Below the pieces are notes generated by a model that made no database searches, was not told the origin of the DNA, and saw nothing but the letters and a program-made list of their open reading frames with translations. Shown piece after piece: positions 1 through 12,624 of a stretch of 40,670 nucleotides of DNA (within the stretch, counting starts at the first letter, position 1; every line of letters begins with the position of its first letter). The stretch is from Verrucomicrobiota bacterium (GTDB taxonomy: Bacteria; Verrucomicrobiota; Verrucomicrobiia; Chthoniobacterales; UBA10450), in assembly GCA_046726875.1 (NCBI GenBank), contig JBKPBJ010000029.1:1-40670 (forward strand), in the 5' to 3' direction. Made by a program: the position numbers and the translations under genes.

Positions 1-215
1 TCAACGCCTTGTTGCCGCGCTTGCTCAAGCTGTTGAAACACCTGCTGGGCCTTGTCGACCCGGCTCGGGTCGCCTTCCAGTTTCACCCAGCCTTCGCGCG
101 TCGTCACTTTGACGCCTAACGAGTCCTCGAGATTCTTCAAAAGCTTGATGTCATTCGCGTAGAGCGACTGCAAAGCGCGTGGGCTATCAAACTGCAAAGT
201 CCGCGATTCAGTCAT
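1..215 (-). CDS. PhoH/YbeZ-like protein, N-terminal fragment (continues beyond window)
   Basis: Minus-strand ATG at 215..213, open to the window edge. The translation MTESRTLQFDSPRALQSLYANDIKLLKNLEDSLGVKVTTREGWVKLEGDPSRVDKAQQVFQQLEQARQQG resembles the N-terminal region that precedes the ATPase in PhoH-family proteins. The ATPase part is not in the window. Confidence 0.4.
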   Translation of the reverse strand, partial: MTESRTLQFDSPRALQSLYANDIKLLKNLEDSLGVKVTTREGWVKLEGDPSRVDKAQQVFQQLEQARQQGV

Positions 216-248
216 ACTCGTGGCATGCCGCTGCCACGAATTCTACAG

Positions 249-698
249 CTAACGGAAACCATAGACCAGCGCCCAGTGCGTGCGTTCCTCTGGCGATTGT
301 TCCACGCTCACAATGATAAAATAACTGGCTGTGCCCTTTGGGATGACGTGCGAAGCCGCGAAATGGCCTTTCTCCCAGCTGTCGGGTTCTTCCGCGAGCT
401 TGCCGTCGGAATCGTAAACGTGGACGGACACCTTTGCCTTATCGACTTCTGTTCCCAGCCAGAACCAGTACTCATTTCCTTTGAACAACTGCTGTCGTAC
501 AGCTTTCTTCTCTCCAGAACCGAGGTCCCCTCCCCAATAATCCTCACGCACTTGGAAGCCTTGTTTGACGTACGGTTCGGCAGCCTGAAGTGCAAACGAT
601 TGCGCGTCGTCCACCGAAGCGAAAATTGCAGACCGCAATGCCGTGAGGATCAGCAGCAGAGAGCTCGCGCGGACGAAAATCTTCACAAAGCCGTTCAT
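249..698 (-). CDS. secreted hypothetical protein
   Basis: ORF 249..734. The internal Met at 698 gives a signal-peptide-like N-terminus MNGFVKIFVRASSLLLILTALRSAIFA/SVDD and lies 7 nt after the upstream stop (TAG 708..706). No family recognised. Confidence 0.6.
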   Translation of the reverse strand: MNGFVKIFVRASSLLLILTALRSAIFASVDDAQSFALQAAEPYVKQGFQVREDYWGGDLGSGEKKAVRQQLFKGNEYWFWLGTEVDKAKVSVHVYDSDGKLAEEPDSWEKGHFAASHVIPKGTASYFIIVSVEQSPEERTHWALVYGFR

Positions 699-705
699 CG
701 AAGGT

Positions 706-1509
706 CTAATCCCTGGTGACGATTCCCTGGCCAAGTCGCGTAGTGATCTCGTTAACCTTCTTTATTGTTTCGGGCGGAATCCGGCGATCACCGACGTCGA
801 TTAAAGGTTTCACTTCGACCAGAGCATCCTGAATTTGGTGGATAATTGGAAGATCAAACTCCGGCATTGCCTGCAGTCTTTTTTGGAAATAAGCGAGCAG
901 ATCAGGCTGGTGCAGCAGCTCTGCTCCGTCCGCGGAAAAATGTTCGTTCACGACTGATGTCAATACTTCGGTTCCACGCAGCCACCCGCCCAAGCTAACG
1001 AGTTGCGACAATTTTTCATCGTGCACCTCGTTCATCGCCTGCTGCACGCTATTCTGGGTGCGATCCAGTTCCCGGCGCACATTGTTCCAATTCCGCTTGT
1101 CTGCTGCTTCAATGATCGCCTTCGCATGCGGCGTGATCGAATTTCCCACGCCGATTCCTTTCGCCAGCGTCAGCACGCGCTGGCCAATGTCCTTCACGGT
1201 CTCTGCGTCCTCCGCCTGCACAGCGATGAAGCCGTCAGCGATTACCGTCCCAAGCAACAGCGCAATACGCGGACGCTCCGTAAAATTCGGTCCCTTATCG
1301 CTGCGGACATGTGCCCTCCAGTTCACCGTCCCCAGTTTGTTCAGCGCACCGAAAATCTCGTTCGGCAATGGCACCACAACGTCTTCCACAGTTGTGGAAA
1401 GCTGTTTAATGTTGATGTGCTGCGGGGCTTGAGCGGCATTTGCGCAAAGGGCAAAACCGCAGAGCATACCCACGGTTTTAAAATATCTTGGAAACGGCAT
1501 CATTGGCAC
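706..1509 (-). CDS. secreted hypothetical protein
   Basis: 267-aa ORF with signal-peptide-like N-terminus (GMLCGFALCANAAQA/PQ). Apparently co-oriented operon with 249..698 and the PhoH-like gene. No family recognised. Confidence 0.65.
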   Translation of the reverse strand: MPMMPFPRYFKTVGMLCGFALCANAAQAPQHINIKQLSTTVEDVVVPLPNEIFGALNKLGTVNWRAHVRSDKGPNFTERPRIALLLGTVIADGFIAVQAEDAETVKDIGQRVLTLAKGIGVGNSITPHAKAIIEAADKRNWNNVRRELDRTQNSVQQAMNEVHDEKLSQLVSLGGWLRGTEVLTSVVNEHFSADGAELLHQPDLLAYFQKRLQAMPEFDLPIIHQIQDALVEVKPLIDVGDRRIPPETIKKVNEITTRLGQGIVTRD

Positions 1510-1670
1510 TTTCGACTGTTGATTTCGGCTTCGTATTCAGGATTTAATGGAGCGAATCTTAACCGGAACTTCCGCTGTACACAACTTATGCCAGCACCGA
1601 TCTCATTAACCCGTTCAAGCCGCAAATCCGCAAGCGATTTGAGCCGCCAAGGTCGAAGTTTCAAATCGCT

Positions 1671-2684
1671 ATGAACTTGAACCGACTTGAACAGATCCTT
1701 GAACGCGCGGCTTCGAGGCGAATCACGGTTATCGGCGATCTGATGCTTGACGAATTTGTCTGGGGAAAGGTAGGCCGCATCTCGCCGGAGGCGCCGGTCC
1801 CAGTCGTGGAGGTGACTGGAGAATCGTTCTACCCAGGAGGCGCGGCGAACGTTGCCCGCAACCTGCGCGAATTTGTCGATCAGGTGGCCGTAATCGGGAT
1901 GCTGGGCAAAGATCGCAGTGGCCAGCAACTCCGGGAACTATTGGCGGAGCAAAACATCGACACCTCGAGAGCGATCGAGGATGAAAGCTTTTGCACGATC
2001 GTCAAAACCCGGATCATCGCGCTGCATCAGCAGGTGGTTCGTGTCGACCGTGAAAAAATCCTTGTCCCATCGAAAGCCCAGGTAGCAAGGGCAGCCGCCG
2101 CGGTTCGAGACAATATCCAAGAAACCGATGCAATTATTTTTGAAGATTACGGCAAGGGCTTTGTGACAACCGACCTCGTGGCTCAAATTGCTCGCGACGC
2201 GGGCGCGGCTGGTAAAGTAGTAGCGGCCGATCCCAATCCGCGACATTCCGTCGACTGGCGCGGCGTTACAGTCGTCAAACCAAACCGCGCTGAAGCGTTC
2301 CTTGCAGCGGGAATTCCCTGGCGTGACGCCGACGAAGCTCCAACAACAGACACCGATCTTGAGCGCGCCGGTGAAGCGCTTCTTAAGAAATGGGAGACTC
2401 AACATGTCCTGATCACGCTGGGCGAACACGGCATGATGCTTTTTCAGCAGAACGAAGCGCCACACTACATTCGCACGAAAGCTCGTCAGGTTTTCGATGT
2501 CTCGGGGGCCGGCGACACTGCGATTGCGCTCTTCACGCTCGGGCTCGTCTGCGGCGCGACGCCCATTGAAGCGGCTGAGATTGCCAACCACGGAAGTGCT
2601 GTGGTTGTGAGCAAACTTGGAACGGCGACTGTGACGCGAGATGAACTCATCGCCAGCTTTCGAGAGGACAGCGAAGATGCCTGA
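1671..2684 (+). CDS. hldA: D-glycero-beta-D-manno-heptose-7-phosphate kinase (RfaE domain I / HldA type, PfkB family)
   Basis: N-terminus ITVIGDLMLDEFVWGKVGRISPEAPVPVV is typical of RfaE domain I. PfkB signature DVSGAGDTAI is present. At 337 aa there is no adenylyltransferase domain. Confidence 0.8.
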   Translation: MNLNRLEQILERAASRRITVIGDLMLDEFVWGKVGRISPEAPVPVVEVTGESFYPGGAANVARNLREFVDQVAVIGMLGKDRSGQQLRELLAEQNIDTSRAIEDESFCTIVKTRIIALHQQVVRVDREKILVPSKAQVARAAAAVRDNIQETDAIIFEDYGKGFVTTDLVAQIARDAGAAGKVVAADPNPRHSVDWRGVTVVKPNRAEAFLAAGIPWRDADEAPTTDTDLERAGEALLKKWETQHVLITLGEHGMMLFQQNEAPHYIRTKARQVFDVSGAGDTAIALFTLGLVCGATPIEAAEIANHGSAVVVSKLGTATVTRDELIASFREDSEDA

Positions 2685-3209
2685 CGCGCTGTCGCCCGCC
2701 GTCTTTATCGATCGCGACGGCACTATCATGGAAGATTGCGACTATTGCGCTGATCCGAAAGACGTGCGGATCTATCCCGGCGTTCCAGACGCACTGCGGC
2801 GATTAAAGTCGCGAGGATTCAAACTCATTGTCATCACAAATCAAAGTGGCATCGGGCGCGGACTCTTCACGCTCGATCAATATCGCGCGGTAGAAGCGGA
2901 GGTATCGCGCCAGCTTGGCAAGGGCTTGATCGACGCGACTTATTTCTGTCCGGATGCTCCGGGGCAACATTCGACTTGTCGCAAGCCCGCGCCAGGAATG
3001 ATCGTAAAAGCAACCCGAGATTACCGAATCGACCTTTCTCGCTCGTTTTTGATTGGCGACAAGGAGATTGACGTCGCATGCGCTCACAACGCGGGTGTCC
3101 GCGCGATCCGGGTACAAACCGGAATCGAACGTGACACGACAGGAAGCATGGCCGATTGGATCGCCCATGATGTGCCCGCAGCCGCCGAGATCATTTTGAA
3201 CGGAGCGCC

Positions 3210-3213
<4 letters not shown>
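2677..3213 (+). CDS. gmhB: D,D-heptose 1,7-bisphosphate phosphatase (HAD family)
   Basis: HAD motif I FIDRDGTI and a CPDAPGQHSTCRKP zinc-loop-like motif. The ATG at 2677 overlaps the hldA stop (ATGCCTGA). ORF-track start 2641 rejected as lying inside hldA. Confidence 0.85.
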
Positions 3214-5635
<2,422 letters not shown>

Positions 5636-5700
5636 ATTGCTTTGCTGCCACGTTTTGAAGGGCAGCGCTGCTGCGTCTCTTTCAATTGCGTTGCACAGCA

Positions 5701-6675
5701 CTATCCGTGCGACGCTCGTTGGAGTCGATCCATTATCGCCGCGCCGAGTCCCCGAGAAGGAACTCGTTCGGCAACGATCAGGTCGAGACCGAGTGCATCG
5801 AGCTCGCGCAGATAACGAAATAAATTCGCCGCCGCTTCCCGCAGGTCTCCACCGTCGCTTAGATTTCGAACAGCCGCGAACTTCAAGGAGCGGCGGTCTC
5901 CAGTCCGCCGTGGCCTCCAAGCAAGCAAGCCAACGCGCTGATTCTTGTTCGAAAGAGAGCCTTCGGCATTATCAATCAAACGCAATGGGGTTGTAGGAGT
6001 GTAATGCGACGGCAATTGTCCTGGAGCGGAAATTCTTTGTGTCGCGGTAATGCGGACGATATCTGCAAACTCCGATAGCTGTTCGCGTGTTATCGGACCG
6101 CGTCGCAAGACGGCGATTCTGCCGTCTCTAACAGCGACGATCGTCGACTCAATGCCGTGCTCTGTCGGTCCGGCATCGACAATGAGTGGGATTCGTGCTT
6201 CGAGTTCATCCAAGACGTGCTGCGCTGTTGTCGGACTGACGCGTCCGAATCGGTTTGCGCTCGGGGCAGCGAGCGGGCCACCCAAGTCACGCACGATTTC
6301 AGCAAACACACGATGTGCACTGATTCGCACGGCCACCGTATCCAATCCCGCCGTGACAATATCAGGAACGATCTCGCGCTTTGGAAGAACCATCGAGAAC
6401 GGCCCGGGCCAAAACTTGTCGGCCAACTTGCCGATCAGTTGTCGATCGCCCGCTGGCACATCCACAATTCTCTGGAGCCACTCGCGATTTGGTAGATGAA
6501 CAATGAGTGGGTCGAAGCGCGGCCGTTCCTTCGCTTCAAAGATTTTCGCGACGGCAATCGGGTTGAGCGCATTAGCAGCGAGTCCGTAGACAGTTTCGGT
6601 AGGCAGCGCAACAACCTCGCCTTTGCGCAGCAGTTCAACCGCCGCATCGCGGTCGGTTGAAATCACTGTTTTCAC
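5701..6675 (-). CDS. tsaC: L-threonylcarbamoyladenylate synthase (YrdC domain plus Sua5 C-terminal domain)
   Basis: [15 protein letters not shown] motif; the 324-aa length fits the two-domain Sua5 type. Confidence 0.85.
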   Translation of the reverse strand: MKTVISTDRDAAVELLRKGEVVALPTETVYGLAANALNPIAVAKIFEAKERPRFDPLIVHLPNREWLQRIVDVPAGDRQLIGKLADKFWPGPFSMVLPKREIVPDIVTAGLDTVAVRISAHRVFAEIVRDLGGPLAAPSANRFGRVSPTTAQHVLDELEARIPLIVDAGPTEHGIESTIVAVRDGRIAVLRRGPITREQLSEFADIVRITATQRISAPGQLPSHYTPTTPLRLIDNAEGSLSNKNQRVGLLAWRPRRTGDRRSLKFAAVRNLSDGGDLREAAANLFRYLRELDALGLDLIVAERVPSRGLGAAIMDRLQRASHG

Positions 6676-7169
6676 CTTGGCAATTTTGCGGCCAAAACCG
6701 CTTCGGACTGTTTCCTGCGAAACGCTTCTAGTTTTTGACGAAGCGTGTCATCGGATGTGGCGAGAATCGCAGCCGCCAGCAGTGCGGCATTTTTCGCGCC
6801 CGCATCTCCTATGGCCAACGTTCCGACGGGAATCCCGCCCGGCATTTGGGCTGTGGACAACAGCGAGTCGAGTCCCTGGAGTTTCGATTGAATTGGCACA
6901 CCGAGAACTGGCAGCCATGTGTGTGCCGCAATGACTCCAGCCAAATGTGCCGCACCGCCTGCGCCGGCGATGATCACTCGCAGCCCGCGATCCGCTGCGT
7001 CCCGCGCGAACTCTGCCGTCGCGCCAGGCGTGCGATGAGCCGACAACACGCGCGCTTCGTTCTGCACGCCGAGTTCATCCAGTGTTTCCACAGCATTCCG
7101 CATCGTGTCCCAGTCTGATTTGCTTCCCATGATGACGGCAACCAAAGGCTTCGATTCAGGCATGGGCAA
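6672..7169 (-). CDS. purE: N5-carboxyaminoimidazole ribonucleotide mutase
   Basis: [14 protein letters not shown] motif; 165 aa; 4-nt overlap with the downstream tsaC start. Confidence 0.9.
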   Translation of the reverse strand: MPMPESKPLVAVIMGSKSDWDTMRNAVETLDELGVQNEARVLSAHRTPGATAEFARDAADRGLRVIIAGAGGAAHLAGVIAAHTWLPVLGVPIQSKLQGLDSLLSTAQMPGGIPVGTLAIGDAGAKNAALLAAAILATSDDTLRQKLEAFRRKQSEAVLAAKLPR

Positions 7170-7221
7170 ATTTTAGGGTGTTTCTTTAAAACGCCAACTC
7201 AACACGCAAAATTGTCATTAA

Positions 7222-7317
7222 CACCGCTTTCAGTGCGGTGACCTGACGCGCTGCGTCTTTAAAGCCGTTTAAACGGCGTCTTTGCCTGGTGCGGACTGCA
7301 CCTGGCTGAAGCCAGGT
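7222..7317. repeat. multi-hairpin mosaic element, copy A1
   Basis: Hairpins CACCGC-tttcagt-GCGGTG (7222-7240), GACGC-gct-GCGTC (7245-7257), palindrome GCCGTTTAAACGGC (7264-7277), GGTGC-ggact-GCACC (7288-7302) and ACCTGGC-tgaa-GCCAGGT (7300-7317). The same hairpin types and order occur at 12457-12615. Confidence 0.75.
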
Positions 7318-7321
7318 CTTG

Positions 7322-7897
7322 ATGAGATATTCAAGCGTGACGCGCGACGGTAAATCGATTGTTCTCGTCGGCATGATGGGCGCAGGCAAATCGTCCGTTG
7401 GAGCCTGTCTGCGCCAGCGAACGGGGTTCGGCCTGATCGATACGGACGAAATCGTTGCTTCGAAATTAGGGATGTCGATTCCAGAAATCTTTACCAGATG
7501 CGGCGAAGAGAAATTTCGAAAGGCGGAAACAGAAGCGCTTCGCTGCATGCGAACTGAAGAACAAATGATAATCGTTACAGGTGGCGGCATCGTGTTGCGC
7601 GAAGAAAATGTCGAGATTTTACGAAGCCATGCTGTGATCGTGTGGCTCGATGGAGACGAGGAAGCGCTTTTTGCGAGGGCCTCTCGGAAACAGAATAGAC
7701 CATTGCTGCAGACGAAAAACCCGAGAGAGGCTTTCTCGCAAATCCTTCGTTCCCGCAGGTCTCTTTACGCAGACATCGCGGATATCCGGGTCGATACCTC
7801 GGTACTCACGGACGAAGAAGTTGCCGTGGCGATTCTGGCGAAACTTAAGAGAGTGAATCCCAAACGGGAATTACCGAACCCGGCTACAGCGTCATGA
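7322..7897 (+). CDS. aroK: shikimate kinase
   Basis: Walker A VLVGMMGAGKSSVG near the N-terminus; about 190 aa. The start is ATG 7322 (or GTG 7337), directly after repeat A1. Confidence 0.85.
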   Translation: MRYSSVTRDGKSIVLVGMMGAGKSSVGACLRQRTGFGLIDTDEIVASKLGMSIPEIFTRCGEEKFRKAETEALRCMRTEEQMIIVTGGGIVLREENVEILRSHAVIVWLDGDEEALFARASRKQNRPLLQTKNPREAFSQILRSRRSLYADIADIRVDTSVLTDEEVAVAILAKLKRVNPKRELPNPATAS

Positions 7898-8955
7898 TGC
7901 AGATTTCGCCAACAGAACTGAAGGCGCGGCTTGTCTCTTTTGCGAAAGAGATCGGGTTTGAGTCGTGTCGCATAGCCGCGTGCAATGCACCGGCGCACGC
8001 AAATCACTTTCGTGAATGGCTGCGCAACGGCGCGCACGGCGAAATGAATTACATGCAACGCGGCGAGGAAAAACGCTGTGATCCGCAAAACGTTTTGCCG
8101 AGCGCGCGGTCGATTGTGGTTTTAGCGCTGAATTATTTTCAAGGGAAGGCGCCCCACAGCGGCGTGGCTACAGGCAGGATTGCGCGGTACGCATGGGGCC
8201 AGGATTATCACGACGTAATTGCGAACAAGCTGTATAAGATTGACGAGTTTCTTCGCAGCTTTGACGGACAGCAGAAATGTTATGTCGACACCGGGCCGGT
8301 GCTGGAACGGGATCATGCAGCGCAGGCTGGCATTGGCTGGCACGGCAAAAGCACCATGCTTATCGATGAGCGGCTTGGGACTTGGTTTTTCCTCGCGGAA
8401 ATTTTAACGACGCTTGAATTGCCGCCGGATGAGCCGGTGCCAGACCGTTGCGGAACATGCGACCGTTGCATCACAGCCTGTCCAACGGGTGCGATTACCG
8501 GTGCGCATCGCTTGGACGCGCGTCGGTGCATTTCTTACCTAACGATTGAACTGAAAACCGCCATCCCTGTGGAGCTTCGTCCATTATTAGGGGATCGGAT
8601 TTTTGGCTGCGACGATTGTCTGGACGCCTGCCCTTGGAACCGGTTCGCTCAGGAGTCTCGGGAAACTGCGTTCTGCGCGCGCCGATCAACGACTGGCATG
8701 TCCCTGCGGGAATATCTGGACCTAACCGACGCGGAGTTCCGGGCGCTTTTCAGAAAGTCGCCGATTAAGCGAATAAAGCGCCGTGGGTTTCTACGCAATG
8801 TGTGTGTCGCGCTCGGCAACGTGGGCGGTCCATCCGACCTTCCGGCGCTGGAACGCGCGGCAGCCGACCCGGAGCCATTGATCGCAGAGCACGCCGCATG
8901 GGCAATTGAACAGATACGCGATCGGCAAAAGCAGGCGCGGCCGCAAATTGTTTGA
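7894..8955 (+). CDS. queG: epoxyqueuosine reductase
   Basis: 4Fe-4S motifs CGTCDRCITACPTGAI and CDDCLDACPWN, with a C-terminal HEAT-like region. ATGA overlap with the aroK stop. Confidence 0.85.
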   Translation: MMQISPTELKARLVSFAKEIGFESCRIAACNAPAHANHFREWLRNGAHGEMNYMQRGEEKRCDPQNVLPSARSIVVLALNYFQGKAPHSGVATGRIARYAWGQDYHDVIANKLYKIDEFLRSFDGQQKCYVDTGPVLERDHAAQAGIGWHGKSTMLIDERLGTWFFLAEILTTLELPPDEPVPDRCGTCDRCITACPTGAITGAHRLDARRCISYLTIELKTAIPVELRPLLGDRIFGCDDCLDACPWNRFAQESRETAFCARRSTTGMSLREYLDLTDAEFRALFRKSPIKRIKRRGFLRNVCVALGNVGGPSDLPALERAAADPEPLIAEHAAWAIEQIRDRQKQARPQIV

Positions 8956-9060
8956 ATCCAAACCAGCTGCAGACTGCATCCCACCGATTGAGGACCGTGA
9001 ACGTGCGCTATTGGCGAAAGTCTAAAGAGAGATAGCTTCAGCCGCATAAGCGATCATGCC

Positions 9061-10418
9061 ATGCACCAAGCCTTGACCACTCCCCCACTTGCCCGTGACG
9101 CCGCGAAGAAGCGCCGACAGGGTCGTCGGCGCAAGATTCTTTTTGCCTCTGTCGGCGCAGTGCTGCTTCTAATCATCGCGCTGGTCGTCGCGAGCAAGCG
9201 CGAGAAGCCAATCCCGGTGATAACGGAAAAGGCTGTTCGCCGCACCATTCTGCAGACCGTCTCTGCCACGGGCAAGGTCCAGCCCGAAACCGAAGTGAAA
9301 ATTTCGCCGGAAGTTGCCGGCGAGATTATCGAGTTGCCCGTCGAGGATGGGATGCAGGTGAAGAAAGGCGACCTGCTTGTGAAGATTAAACCTGATTCCT
9401 ACAAAGCATTACTCGAACAACAGGAAGCGGCGATCAGCGCCGCGAAGGCAACAAACCTTCAGCAAAAAGCGACGATGCTTAAGACCGAGCACGACTTCCG
9501 GCGATCAAAGGACTTGTTCGAGAAAAAGCTGATTTCAGAGCAGGAATATAATGCCGCGGAAGCAGCGTACGACGTAGCGAAAAATACTTACGAGAGCTCA
9601 GTGCACGAAATCGAACGGGCACAGGCCAGCTCAAGCCAGGCGCGCGATCAGCTTTCAAAAACGACGATTTATTCGCCGATGGACGGAACAGTTACCATTC
9701 TAAACAGCAAACTGGGCGAGCGCCTGGTCGCGACGAATCAATTTGCCGGAACCGAAGTGATGCGAGTCGCCGATCTCAGCCACATGCAAGCCGTGGTGGA
9801 CGTGAACGAGAATGATGTCGTAAACGTGAAACTTGGGGATAAGGCAAACATCAAAATCGACGCGTACGGCGACCGCAAATTTAAAGGTGTCGTTCAGCAA
9901 ATCGCGAACACCGGAAAAACGACCGGAGCTGGTACGCAGGAGGAAGTCACGAATTTCGAAGTAAAAATTCGCGTCGACGATCACGATGTAGCGTTACGCC
10001 CAGCACTGAGTTGCACCGCGGATATCGAGACGAACATGGTTAAGGATGCCGTCTCAGTGCCAATGCAAAGCGTGACGATTCGCACGGGTGACACCAACTT
10101 CAGCCCGGAGGAAATCGAAAAACAAAAGCAAAAAGTCGCCGCGCGCGACAAGGACGACAACAAGGCAGAACTCAGCAATGACCGTCTCGAGAAACAGGCG
10201 CAGAAAGAAGAACGCGAAAAGCTGGCCAAAGTTGTGTTCGTGAAGAACGGCAACAAAGCGCAGATGGTGAAGGTGACGACCGGCATCGCCGACGACTCCT
10301 ACATGGAAATCAAGAGCGGTATCAAACCCGGCGACGAAGTCATCTCGGGCAGTTACAGCGCGATCAGCCGGAAACTAAAAGAAGGCGCGAAGGTCGCGTA
10401 CGACAAGGAAGTCGCGAA

Positions 10419-10422
<4 letters not shown>
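9061..10422 (+). CDS. periplasmic adaptor subunit (HlyD/MacA-like membrane fusion protein)
   Basis: N-terminal TM anchor, coiled-coil hairpin region and beta-barrel part typical of MFPs. 4-nt overlap with the downstream ABC ATPase gene. Confidence 0.8.
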
Positions 10423-11185
<763 letters not shown>

Positions 11186-11186
<1 letters not shown>

Positions 11187-12436
11187 TGAAGCGCTTTCTG
11201 TACGAGCTGAGCGAAAGCTGGAACATCGCCGTGGCGCAGATGCGTTCGAATAAAACGCGCTCAACCCTTACGGCGCTCGGTGTCATCATCGGGATTGTCG
11301 CCGTGACGCTCATGGGCACCGCGATCTCCGGAATCCAGGTTGGATTCGACAAAAGCATGGCCATTTTCGGCGACGATGTGCTCTACGTCTCGCAATGGCC
11401 GTGGAAGCCCGTGGATGATTGGTGGAACTACCGCGACCGTAAAAAGATCAAGACCGAGTACGCCGAGCCGATCAACCGCATCATCGCCGCGACGCCGAAT
11501 TCGAATCTGGTGATCGCGGTGCCCACGTCGAGTCTGCTGCGCGCCGTGAAATACGGACAAAGTGAAGTCAGCAATGTTCTGATCAGAGGGACCGTTTCGG
11601 ATTACCTGGTCACTTCGACTTTCGACTTTAAGGAGGGCCGATTTTTCAACGATGTCGAATCCAGAGGCGGCGCCAACGTGTGCGTGATCGGCTACGATGT
11701 GGCCGACGCGCTGTTTCCTTCCGAGACTCCGATCGAGAAATCAGTGCTGATTAACGGACAACCATTCAGAGTAGTCGGAGTTATTTCACGGCAAGGGACG
11801 TTTCTCGGGCTATTCAGTCTGGATTCAATTGTGGTGATGCCGTTGCCGGCATTTCAAAAATATTTCAGCGCCAAAAGCGACTCGGACATTCTGGTAAAGG
11901 TGAAGGACAAAACCAGACTCGCGGAAGCCAGAGACGAGCTGACCGGAGTCATGCGGCGCGTCCGCGGATTGCCACCTGAGAAGAAGGACGACTTCAGCAT
12001 CAACGAACAGCAAGCGCTGAAAAGCACGCTGGACCCGATCAAGAACTCGATTGCGGTCGCCGGCCTTTTTGTTACCGGCCTTTCGCTTTTTGTGGGCGCG
12101 ATCGGGATCATGAACATCACCTTCGTAAGTGTGAAGGAGCGCACCCGTGAAATCGGAACGCGCAAAGCTCTGGGCGCACGGCGACGCACTATCCTTCTTC
12201 AATTCCTGATCGAATCCAGTTCGCTGTGTCTGCTCGGCGGATTCATCGGACTGGGCGTCGCGTACCTAATGTGCACCGGCATCGGACAGGCGTTCCCCTC
12301 TTTTCCAATCCGATTTTCGCTCAGCCTGGTCGTCGTAAGTATGGCCGTCTCAATTCTCACGGGTTTGTTCTCCGGGTTCGCTCCGGCTTGGTCAGCTTCC
12401 CGGCTGGATCCCGTCGCAGCACTCAGGTATGAGTGA
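11186..12436 (+). CDS. ABC transporter permease (FtsX/MacB periplasmic-domain type)
   Basis: N-terminal TM, large periplasmic domain, and C-terminal FtsX module GIMNITFVSVKERTREIGTRKALGA. The protein ends ...DPVAALRYE. Confidence 0.85.
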
Positions 12437-12456
12437 TTCAGCGATTTTTTTATTAC

Positions 12457-12615
12457 CACCGGCCTTTCAGGCCGGTGTCATTCGCACGGAATGCTCAAAG
12501 CCGTTTCAGCGGCTTCTGGCTGGACCTGTTCTGATGTCCAGAGTCGCGCCTAAAAGTAAGCCGTTAAAACGGCTGCGACCGAAGTCGATGCAATTTCACC
12601 GGCCTGAAGGCCGGT
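12457..12615. repeat. multi-hairpin mosaic element, copy A2
   Basis: CACCGGCC-tttca-GGCCGGTG (12457-12477), AGCCG-tttcag-CGGCT (12499-12514), CTGGAC-n10-GTCCAG (12520-12541), AGCCGTT-aa-AACGGCT (12559-12574) and ACCGGCC-tgaa-GGCCGGT (12598-12615). The terminal hairpins are inverted copies of each other. Confidence 0.8.
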
Positions 12616-12624
12616 ATTAATGAG

